A stretch of DNA of 52,784 nucleotides, from positions 1 to 52,784 of the IMG/VR virus record IMGVR_UViG_3300033446_000002. One strand, 5' to 3'. The translations under genes were made by a program, and so were the position numbers. Under the pieces are notes generated by a model, which was given only the letters and a program-made list of their open reading frames with translations, was not told the origin of the DNA and ran no database searches. The DNA is from a virus (lineage: Duplodnaviria; Caudoviricetes). Below, in pieces: positions 28,970 through 37,834 of this stretch. Position 1 is the first letter of the stretch. Each line of letters begins with the position of its first letter.

Positions 28970-30784
28970 TTAAGCGTTATTCATTAATCTACCAACTAAA
29001 GATTCATTTGCAGAAGCAGTTGGTTGTGGAATAACTTCACGGGATTGTTGACTCATTAAATACTTAGCACTATTCATGGCAGCTTTTACTTCTCCAAGAT
29101 TTTCATTTTGGAAAATTTCAGCTATTTCTGATTGTGATAATCCACTTTCATTCAGCTTCTCAATTGTGGTCGGTTTAGCACCTAATTTCTTTGCTAAAGA
29201 TATATTTTGGATACGTTTATGTTCTTCATTGATATGAGAAATTTTATCTTCTGCCTTTTCTAGTGCTTCTGCTACCATAGAAAAATTACCATTTTCATCT
29301 ATAAATCTATCGGCTTCTTCTAACACATAAGCAATTTCACTATAATTTCCATAGCTTTCTGTAAAGCCATCAGTTACTTCTAATATTGTTGATATTGTAT
29401 CGAAATCACCATTTTTATGTACAAATTGATTGGTTTCTTCTAACACATAAGCAATTTCTCGTAAATCGCCATATATATTAGTAAAATCTTCAACCATTTT
29501 CAATTTTTCTTTCAAGAAAGGATATCTTTGAATTTTATTTAGGTTTTTATCGGTAAATTCTAAAATTGCTTTTATTTCATCGAATGTACCAAATTCATCA
29601 ACAAATTCTTCAACTTTGTCAATAACTCTAGCGGCTTCGATTAAACTACCATATTCTTCTTCAAACTCAGCAATACGCTTGTTTGTCGAATTACCTTCAC
29701 CCATTTCATAAATGATTTTTTGATGTACTGATTCTAACGCTTCACGTATTTCAGACACACTACCTAATTCTTGGTATTTTTCTATTTTACTATTTAAATT
29801 TTCAATTGTTGCTTTTGTTTCATTTATATATGATTCTGTAGCACTCAACACTTCTCTAATTTCTGTAGGTGTACCTAACTCATTAGAGATCATTTTATAA
29901 GATTCGCCAACCTTTCTTGATTTTTCCAGAGCCTCTAAAATTTCAGCAGGCGTACCTAATCTTATATATTCTTTTATTAATTCTGATTTATCTTTGTTTT
30001 GTTCGTAACCAGATACACAATTAGCTAAAAATTCAGGTGAACCCAAACCTTCATATTGTGCCAAAGTTGCATTTGAATTAGCTAATTCTTTAACAGCTTG
30101 ATTGTATTGCGTTAATAGTGAATTACGTTCTTCTTTTATTGCTACGTGTTCAGTTTTTAAGTGATTTACAAAATCTTCAGTGAATTGTTCCATATTATTT
30201 AAACCTTTGTTTTGAGATTCTTTTGCTTCTATTATTGTAGGGCTTGCTTCGAGAAAACCCGGACTTGTGACGAAATCAACGGTAAATAACTTAAATCCAT
30301 CAGGAGATAAGATATTGGATTTGTCGCGTTCAAACTTACCAGCAGCACGAGTAGAAAAATATATCTTTCCTCCTGCTTTTAATATTGTATATAAATTTTT
30401 ACCAGCAGGAGTTCCCAATATCAGAAATTCCCCCATACCACAGTTTTTATCATCTAACCATAATTTAGAAACTATATGTGAAATTTTACCATCTAAAATA
30501 GCTTTATCATCTACGGGTTGCTCATGCCCTACAGTTCCATATACTGAGCGATTTTTTAGCCTTTCGACTAATTCCTCATCCTGTAATACCGTTTCCCATA
30601 ATTCTCTTGAATAATATCTCTTGTTTCTTGATTCTCTATTAGGAAAAAAACATTCACCTACTATTCGACCGATAATATGAGTTCCGTCAACAGGCGATTC
30701 CTTTCCTTCTTCAATTTCTATAATGTTTAAATTTGAACTTTCCCAAACATCATCTATCGTAACCAAAGTAGCAGGTTTTGCCAT
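28970..30784 (-). CDS. prohead protease (gp21-like) fused to scaffold
   Basis: SRNKRYY, GTVGH, ISH, GTPAGK, FSTRAAG, DFVTSPG, followed by coiled-coil repeats. Confidence 0.9.
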   Translation of the reverse strand: MAKPATLVTIDDVWESSNLNIIEIEEGKESPVDGTHIIGRIVGECFFPNRESRNKRYYSRELWETVLQDEELVERLKNRSVYGTVGHEQPVDDKAILDGKISHIVSKLWLDDKNCGMGEFLILGTPAGKNLYTILKAGGKIYFSTRAAGKFERDKSNILSPDGFKLFTVDFVTSPGFLEASPTIIEAKESQNKGLNNMEQFTEDFVNHLKTEHVAIKEERNSLLTQYNQAVKELANSNATLAQYEGLGSPEFLANCVSGYEQNKDKSELIKEYIRLGTPAEILEALEKSRKVGESYKMISNELGTPTEIREVLSATESYINETKATIENLNSKIEKYQELGSVSEIREALESVHQKIIYEMGEGNSTNKRIAEFEEEYGSLIEAARVIDKVEEFVDEFGTFDEIKAILEFTDKNLNKIQRYPFLKEKLKMVEDFTNIYGDLREIAYVLEETNQFVHKNGDFDTISTILEVTDGFTESYGNYSEIAYVLEEADRFIDENGNFSMVAEALEKAEDKISHINEEHKRIQNISLAKKLGAKPTTIEKLNESGLSQSEIAEIFQNENLGEVKAAMNSAKYLMSQQSREVIPQPTASANESLVGRLMNNA

Positions 30785-31344
30785 TACGTTTCCTCTGTAT
30801 AATTAATCACATCATTTAAAAACTCTATTTCATCATCATCCAAAATTAATTCAGTTTTATTGTATGATTCAATAGCATCTTTAATCTTATTTTCAATACC
30901 GCCAATATATAACAAAGCCTCATCTAAAAATAATTCATAATCAACCTCATCATCAATTGATGATGAGTATTTATTACTTATTAATAGATGCACCTTTAAA
31001 GAATTAATTGCAATAAGTGATTCTTGTAATGAACTTCTATAAGACGGTCTTATATTTCTTAATGATAGTTTTCTACCTATTTGGCGATGTATTTTTTTAC
31101 CTTTCATTGACCTATGAAATTTTTTAATTCCACGCATCATCTTATGTTTATTAACACGCCAATTTCTTTTCATTAAACTTCTTTGTCTATAGTTTTTTAA
31201 AGCTCTTTTTTTTCCAAGTCTTTCACATAATTTTTGCGTATCTATGAACATTTTATTATCTTCAAATGTTTCACAAACTATATCTTCTTCAAATGTGAAT
31301 TTTTGTTTATCATCAACGTTCTCAAATATTATATATTCATTCAT
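30784..31344 (-). CDS. prohead core protein (gp68-like)
   Basis: basic RSLMKRNWR...KKFHRS segment; position between portal and protease. Confidence 0.6.
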   Translation of the reverse strand: MNEYIIFENVDDKQKFTFEEDIVCETFEDNKMFIDTQKLCERLGKKRALKNYRQRSLMKRNWRVNKHKMMRGIKKFHRSMKGKKIHRQIGRKLSLRNIRPSYRSSLQESLIAINSLKVHLLISNKYSSSIDDEVDYELFLDEALLYIGGIENKIKDAIESYNKTELILDDDEIEFLNDVINYTEET

Positions 31345-31374
31345 ATATTTTCTTTAACGATAGTGTCGTTTATC

Positions 31375-32913
31375 TTATTCTTCATCTTCTTCATCATCTT
31401 TTTTGGGTTTTGGTGATTTCGTTAATGTAGTTTTAATCATATCTGCCGCTCTAAAACCAGCAGTATTAAATACCGCACCTAAATATTCTAAAAATTTACC
31501 TGTATCTATAAAGTCAATATCTTCCAGTCCCAATACTGGTGCTTCTTTTATAGCGGTTAATAAATCAGTTAAATCTTTAATTCCCTGTATAACTAACTGT
31601 ACGCTTTCTAGGTTTTCTATTTGATCAACGTTTGTATCTGCATACATATTAATATATATATCTTCAGCAGCTAATTCAGGATCACCGTATTTGGCAGCTA
31701 AATGATTTAAACAGATTTGTATAATTCCTTGTTTTACCGCACGTTGTACACTTTTAACTTTTTTAGAATATCTAATAAATTGTTTTAAAGATGATCTGCG
31801 TGAACCTTGAGTAACAGAGCCTTCGCCAAAAACCAATTCAGGTGGAATGCCTATTGTTTGCACTACTGAGTTTCTATAATCATTAATGGTTGGTAATAAA
31901 CCTTCTTTAATTTGATTATTAGAAAACACATCTACTTTTTCTAAAGCACCCTTATCACTAAATGATGGAATAACTTTGATTGACAGTGCGCGTGTAATTG
32001 CATTTAGTATTTGTCTTGAATCTTTCACATCAAAACTTGTTAATTTTGAATCATTCAATAACGATTCATAGCGTTGAGTTACCTTAAACATATCGTCTGT
32101 ACTCATTGTGGGCGGCAATCCAACAGACACAATATTTCCAGCAGTTAATCCATAAAAAGTATTTGCAGATGCGGCTTTTTCCAACATATATAATTCTTGT
32201 ATTTTTTCTAAAGCACCATAAAACAAAGACCTACCTACTCTTATTATAGGGCTTTTTAATGGTAAATCCATTCTATTTACAGCGTCTTTAGGTAATTCAA
32301 CACGCACTTTTCTTGCGTCTATACAAAAATGTGCATAACAATGAACTGATTTTGGTTCATAACCTAGTCCACTTTTTTTATAAAATATTTTTGGAACATT
32401 TGAATCATATAAAGCGATAATTGAATTTGTTGGCACACTATCTAATAATCCTGTAATACCTATTCCTTTTTCAACTGTCATTTCAAGACAGTATTCTCCA
32501 AACAACAATAAATCTTCCAAAATATCTTCTATTAAACTAGGCAGGCTAAATTTCTTTAATAATTGATTTAATTCGTTGGTATATAATAGATTGTTTATTG
32601 AGTCCTTTTTATTAACAATAACATCTATCAAAGTGCCTTTTAAAACATCTTCTGTAAATGCGTCATCGCTAACAACGTCAATACATAATTGAGTTAAATA
32701 GAATGAACGTAATTGTTCTAATTTAGCATAATAAGACTCTCTCTCCATATTGACACTTAACAGAGAGCCTACAATACTGCTAAGATATTCTCTGCGTTTA
32801 AAGTCATGTAAATTAACTTTTTGATAATCATTACCCAATAAATGATCTCTAGCATCTACAGTGTCAATATAATCTTTTGTTGTTGTTTCATTGATTTGAT
32901 CATCTATATTCAT
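31375..32913 (-). CDS. portal protein (gp20-like)
   Basis: 512 aa; LLFGE, GRSLF, IGIPPELV; after terminase. Confidence 0.85.
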   Translation of the reverse strand: MNIDDQINETTTKDYIDTVDARDHLLGNDYQKVNLHDFKRREYLSSIVGSLLSVNMERESYYAKLEQLRSFYLTQLCIDVVSDDAFTEDVLKGTLIDVIVNKKDSINNLLYTNELNQLLKKFSLPSLIEDILEDLLLFGEYCLEMTVEKGIGITGLLDSVPTNSIIALYDSNVPKIFYKKSGLGYEPKSVHCYAHFCIDARKVRVELPKDAVNRMDLPLKSPIIRVGRSLFYGALEKIQELYMLEKAASANTFYGLTAGNIVSVGLPPTMSTDDMFKVTQRYESLLNDSKLTSFDVKDSRQILNAITRALSIKVIPSFSDKGALEKVDVFSNNQIKEGLLPTINDYRNSVVQTIGIPPELVFGEGSVTQGSRRSSLKQFIRYSKKVKSVQRAVKQGIIQICLNHLAAKYGDPELAAEDIYINMYADTNVDQIENLESVQLVIQGIKDLTDLLTAIKEAPVLGLEDIDFIDTGKFLEYLGAVFNTAGFRAADMIKTTLTKSPKPKKDDEEDEE

Positions 32914-32914
32914 A

Positions 32915-33157
32915 TTATCTATGCTTAACCAATTCTTTTATTTGGTTCATTAATACTTCATTTGAACAATATTTTGAGATAGTGCGGTCTAAATTATTTG
33001 TGTTTTGAAACTCAAGAATAACTTGAGCGGTTACATTACCAAACTTTAATTTAACATCTTCATATATTAAAGTTTTAATAGCAGGCATATTTTTTTTTAT
33101 AATCATGGATGGGTTTTCATACCCTTGACCATATTGATATATATAATTAGGATTCAT
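32915..33157 (-). CDS. hypothetical protein
   Basis: 80 aa between terminase and portal. Confidence 0.55.
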   Translation of the reverse strand: MNPNYIYQYGQGYENPSMIIKKNMPAIKTLIYEDVKLKFGNVTAQVILEFQNTNNLDRTISKYCSNEVLMNQIKELVKHR

Positions 33158-34985
33158 TTAACATTCCATTTAATAGTAATTCATAAGTGTTTTGAGATGA
33201 CATTCTGTCAATCAATTTTCCATAATCCTCCACAGTAACACTAGCCCTGTATTTATTGCCTTTATATATTGATTGATAAACAGCACCACAAACAGCATCG
33301 GCTAAATCTTTGCTACCCGTTGACGGATGATCAACTTTCAATCTTGTCTCAATTAAAGAATTTAATTCTGTTTTTAATATTGGATGATTAACACAATATA
33401 ATCTTTGTTCTAATATCGTATTTCTTAAAGTAATATAAGGTTCTTTGTTTTTATCTACAGAAATTAATTCTGTATCTATTCCTATCAAAGAAATATCTTG
33501 TCTTAAATTTGTTGATTGATAACCATCAGTAGAAACAACCGCAATAGGGATACCATTTATCTTTAAATCTGCAATAAAATCTTTTAGTTTATATAATGCT
33601 ACTTGATGACCTCTTACCGGTTCTATTGCTAGAACCCACTCTATTTCGATAATAGGCTCTCTTGTTTTAAAATAATTTCCATTTAAATCTTGCTTTACTA
33701 TTTCCCTCATTTCCCTGATAAACGCGCAAGCTATTCCAGTTTTATCTGAAACCAGTCCTATATCAATATGTATAAACCTAGCTTTTCTATTACTTAAAAT
33801 AGATTGAATATCTATATAATCAATTATTTTTTGACTTCTATCAAAAAAATCTAATGTAATCACTTCTTTTGTAACTGGATTTATTTCATTTAAAGCGTCT
33901 GATATTTTCTCAGAAGATGAAATAAAATTAAACGCAGAAAGAGAACTTACACCTGCAATATCCCTAAGCGAATTCATTAAATCTTGTTGAAAAGACATCT
34001 CAAACTCGATAGGAACGTTTATTACTTTATTTTCAGGAATGTTTTTTAATTGATCTGTTTCTGTAACAATAAAAGCATCTGTATTAGCATCGCCAACAAA
34101 AACCCTAAAAGTTTTTCCACTATATAACCCCAAGTGTTTCTTCGCTTCCCAAATAGCATAATCGAAAACCCTAACAGATGGATCGTTTCTGCATTTTTCA
34201 ATATGTTGTTCAATAAAAGACCCTTCATCTGTTTTTGATGAATCAATCCATATATGACCGGGCATTGACCCGCCAGCTTGCATAAATCGTGATTGCATTC
34301 TTCGTAATACATTTGTGAAGTTATCTTTTGCTTGATTTGTGTTTTTATTTTGAAAATTAATCTCTGATAGAATTGCACCAACAACAGCAACACCTAAAAC
34401 GTGGGAAGGTCGCGAACCGAATCCAACTGATATTTTATTGCAAAACAATGATGAATCTAGTGATTTTTCTACTTTTTCTTTAAAAAAAGGCGATGTCATA
34501 ACCCAATCAATTAATTGGTTATATAAAACTGATTCTGCCAATGATTTATTAGTATTAATTAAAACATACTGGATTTCTGTGGATTTTATTAATTTAAAAT
34601 AATCATGAGGATTTTCTAAGTGCAAAATTTTACAAAGATCGTATAATGTTGCAGCTAAACTAAACGTTGATTTTCCTAGTCCAATCGCTCCAGTTATTAT
34701 AATTTGCAAATATGGTGAATAATATGGGTTGGGGAATATTTCTCGTAATGCTTCACGCCATATTGGATAAAGAATACTTTCACCTGTATTCTCGTTTTTT
34801 AATATTTTACCAAGATATTTTTCATCATCTAAAAATTCATCTATGTAAGGTGGAGGACTGGCATAACCGCTAGTCCTCGCCAATACATCCATAGCACCTT
34901 TATGACCATAATCTTTAACCAATGATTCTAAAACTGAAATATCATTGTATAATTTATTGTCAGGTAATGTCTTGATATTGTTCAT
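33147..34985 (-). CDS. terL: terminase large subunit
   Basis: Walker A GAIGLGKS, nuclease IHIDIG, STDGYQS, KVDHP...SKDLADA. Confidence 0.92.
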   Translation of the reverse strand: MNNIKTLPDNKLYNDISVLESLVKDYGHKGAMDVLARTSGYASPPPYIDEFLDDEKYLGKILKNENTGESILYPIWREALREIFPNPYYSPYLQIIITGAIGLGKSTFSLAATLYDLCKILHLENPHDYFKLIKSTEIQYVLINTNKSLAESVLYNQLIDWVMTSPFFKEKVEKSLDSSLFCNKISVGFGSRPSHVLGVAVVGAILSEINFQNKNTNQAKDNFTNVLRRMQSRFMQAGGSMPGHIWIDSSKTDEGSFIEQHIEKCRNDPSVRVFDYAIWEAKKHLGLYSGKTFRVFVGDANTDAFIVTETDQLKNIPENKVINVPIEFEMSFQQDLMNSLRDIAGVSSLSAFNFISSSEKISDALNEINPVTKEVITLDFFDRSQKIIDYIDIQSILSNRKARFIHIDIGLVSDKTGIACAFIREMREIVKQDLNGNYFKTREPIIEIEWVLAIEPVRGHQVALYKLKDFIADLKINGIPIAVVSTDGYQSTNLRQDISLIGIDTELISVDKNKEPYITLRNTILEQRLYCVNHPILKTELNSLIETRLKVDHPSTGSKDLADAVCGAVYQSIYKGNKYRASVTVEDYGKLIDRMSSQNTYELLLNGMLNES

Positions 34986-35442
34986 TGCTGTTTTTCATCT
35001 TCCCAAGCATTAGCAACAAATCTTTTGCTGCTTTTTTAGCTTCTTCATTGCCTTTGATTTCTTTATTTTCTATAATTAATGAACGCAATTGTAATTCTAA
35101 ATTATCCCAACCGATAAATGAACTTGTATTTTTTACATATTGTGCAGCACTATTTAAAGCATCAACACTTAATTTATATAACTCTAATACTTTTTTAGAT
35201 TCTAATTCTTGAATATATTCTGGACTAAATATTTCTTGTTCAAACAATGAAACAGCACCTATTAAATGCGCTATTCTTTTTACATTCACTTCAGCAAGAC
35301 CTGTAAGCGCAAGTCTAAAACCCAACTCTTTTGTTTTTATAGAATTTATTGGCTGAGAAGAGGAGTCATTAATTAGTTTTAATGCGTTTTCTATTGTTTT
35401 ATTTTTATAATCTTTTGATAAAATTAATTCTGTATTATCCAT
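34960..35442 (-). CDS. putative terminase small subunit
   Basis: 160 aa helical protein overlapping terL start. Confidence 0.45.
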   Translation of the reverse strand: MDNTELILSKDYKNKTIENALKLINDSSSQPINSIKTKELGFRLALTGLAEVNVKRIAHLIGAVSLFEQEIFSPEYIQELESKKVLELYKLSVDALNSAAQYVKNTSSFIGWDNLELQLRSLIIENKEIKGNEEAKKAAKDLLLMLGKMKNSNEQYQDIT

Positions 35443-35443
35443 A

Positions 35444-35971
35444 TTAATGAGTATTCATCTGTGAAATGGTTTTTTCTAGTTGACTTACACGTTTTGTTAA
35501 TTCTAATATTTGAGAATCTTTTTCTTTGATTTCTGAAACAAGTTGATTTATCTGATCGTTTCTTTTACTTAGAATATTGTCTTTTTCATCAAGTTTATCT
35601 CTAAGTCTTTTGTTTTCATGTTCAAAATCAATAACTTCTTGTAATCTTGTTTTGAATTCTAAAGTTTCATCTTGACATTCTTCTCTCGATTTTTCTAACG
35701 ATTTTACACGCTCTATCAACCTATCATGCTCTTTAGATAATTGCGAATAGAAATCTGTTTCGGCTTTATATATTTTGCTATCCCTATTGGAATATTTAAA
35801 ATATTGATAAACGGCAGCAATTAAAAGAGTTATAACAACAGAAATTGTAGCGGCAACATCAATATCAGTTGAAAATTGAAAATTAGATGTTGATTCATTA
35901 TTTGCCACTTCCACAACATGATTAGTGTGTGCATTAGAATTTAAATCGTTAGAAAGCGTTGTAGTTTCCAT
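35444..35971 (-). CDS. single-TM coiled-coil protein (possible holin/lysis)
   Basis: hydrophobic VAATISVVITLLIAAVY followed by heptads. Confidence 0.5.
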   Translation of the reverse strand: METTTLSNDLNSNAHTNHVVEVANNESTSNFQFSTDIDVAATISVVITLLIAAVYQYFKYSNRDSKIYKAETDFYSQLSKEHDRLIERVKSLEKSREECQDETLEFKTRLQEVIDFEHENKRLRDKLDEKDNILSKRNDQINQLVSEIKEKDSQILELTKRVSQLEKTISQMNTH

Positions 35972-36107
35972 ATTTTACCCTCTTCACGATACAATATTTA
36001 CATAGACTGATAAACCATATCCGAATTTACATCGAATATCTAAAAAAAACCTATTTAAATTGCATGTAAATTAGATTGTATAATTTATTTGTGCGTTGTA
36101 ACGTCTG

Positions 36108-36900
36108 AAAACAGGGCTAGAATCAATTTTGTGTTTTTGGATGTACAAATCTACCATTTTAGATTAATAGTTAAATTTAGCCTTTTCTCTGTGCGTTAAA
36201 CCCTAACCACCTGCGTGCTTTAGCGGTCGCCGCACGCTAGTGGAATGGTAAACGCTTGTGAGAAATTTTTCACTTTAAAGTTATATTGATAAATTTTTGT
36301 ATTAATAAATTAAGTTTGGGAAGAAATGTGTTGAAGTGAGAAAAAACTATAAATAATGACCTACCTAGTAACTAGCATATCTATCTCCTAACGCGCGCAC
36401 TTTTTTGTAATTTGCTGAAAATAAAAATCAAATTTCACGTTCTCATATTAATTTATCATTAAAAATATTAAATACAACACAATTTTAATCATGCTACTAA
36501 CAATTTCTAGGAAGCCTGTAAAAATGAAATTTGTTAATCACACATTTCTAGGTTTTTTTAATGATATTTTAATAAGAAAGTCGAGATTCGTTTTCAATTT
36601 CAAATAATTATAAAAGTTGCGCGCGTTAGGAGATAGATAGATAGAGTCTTTTACTTGGTAGGTCTAATAATATAATTTTTTTCTCACCTCAACACATTTC
36701 TTCTCAAAATTAATTTATCAATATAACTTTAAAGGTAAAAAATTCTCACGAGCGTTTACCATTCCACTAGCGTGCGGCGACCGCACAAGCACGCAGGTGG
36801 TTAGGGTTTAACGCATAGAGAAACATGTTAAAATCAATTATAAATTTAAAATGGTGTGTTTGTATCATTCATACCATAAAGTCGATTCTAGCCCTGTTTT
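36108..36900. repeat. ~790-bp imperfect palindrome with repeat copies C (core 36184-36264) and D (36743-36823)
   Basis: ~300-bp arms; AAAACAGGGCTAGAATC...GATTCTAGCCCTGTTTT termini. Confidence 0.92.
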
Positions 36901-36952
36901 TAGCAGCTACAACACATGACAGACGCAATGATGTGGGATGTGAATTATGACA

Positions 36953-36981
36953 TTGACACGATCCGACCGTCCCGTTATAAT
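36953..36981 (+). promoter_or_regulatory. consensus sigma70 promoter
   Basis: TTGACA-17-TATAAT. Confidence 0.85.
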
Positions 36982-37069
36982 GTTTCACACGCCACGATTG
37001 CATGTGACACGGTAAAAACATCCTGTGTCATCAAATCCATCAATCCCACCATGAAAATAGGTGATATAA

Positions 37070-37525
37070 ATGTTAGCTCAAGATATAGTTTGCGTTTATC
37101 AGTCGTGCAAAGGAAAGAGTTTAAAACAAAAATTTATTGCTTTGTGTTTTAAATTGGGGATTGCTGTAAAATTACAACAACGGGAGAATTTTGCATGTGA
37201 TTGTCTTATATCTTTGATGTCTCTAAAGACACGTTATGATTTAAATGTCGCATTCCACGAGTTAGCGCATATAATATTAAACCACAAAGAAAACTCAATA
37301 GCCAATGAAATTGAGGCTGATCTGTTGAGTGATCATATCATTGACTTATTGTATGGCGATGGCAAATCATATTTATTTGGAGGGAGAATATATAACGCTA
37401 ATCTGTATAGCGGTACATATAGTAGAAGTGAGTTGTTTGCATTTACAAATCATCATAGAATACCAATTGATGATGAAATTATTGAATACATAAAAGTATT
37501 CGCAAAAATGGATTTTTCTTCTTAA
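37070..37525 (+). CDS. ImmA/IrrE-family metallopeptidase
   Basis: AFHELAHIIL...NEIEAD. Confidence 0.75.
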   Translation: MLAQDIVCVYQSCKGKSLKQKFIALCFKLGIAVKLQQRENFACDCLISLMSLKTRYDLNVAFHELAHIILNHKENSIANEIEADLLSDHIIDLLYGDGKSYLFGGRIYNANLYSGTYSRSELFAFTNHHRIPIDDEIIEYIKVFAKMDFSS

Positions 37526-37549
37526 TTTAAATGCGAAAACGGTGCTAAT

Positions 37550-37783
37550 ATGAAATTATGTTTGCATGTCGGGATGACTATCTATACGGTAAAAAACAAA
37601 AAAGTGTACGGATTAACAATCCATACAATAAAAAAAATAGGTAATCACGAGTATGTAAAATGCGTTATGAATACAACTAATGAAAGTTTTACATTTGTAA
37701 ATCTTCAAGACGCAAGTGATGCGTATTTTTACAATATTGCAGGCGCGCTTGAACTGTTAAAATCTCTTCATGAAAAGCATTGA
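37550..37783 (+). CDS. hypothetical early protein
   Basis: 77 aa in plus-strand operon. Confidence 0.6.
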   Translation: MKLCLHVGMTIYTVKNKKVYGLTIHTIKKIGNHEYVKCVMNTTNESFTFVNLQDASDAYFYNIAGALELLKSLHEKH

Positions 37784-37784
37784 A

Positions 37785-37834
37785 GAACAAAGGGCAATAT
37801 TGCAAAGTGTTAAACGCAATATTGCCCTTTGTTC
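37785..37834. terminator. bidirectional terminator between convergent genes
   Basis: perfect 19-bp arms GAACAAAGGGCAATATTGC. Confidence 0.8.

Noticed and set aside
36916-37152. 78-aa plus-strand ORF
   Set aside because: Spans the consensus promoter and overlaps the peptidase; likely spurious
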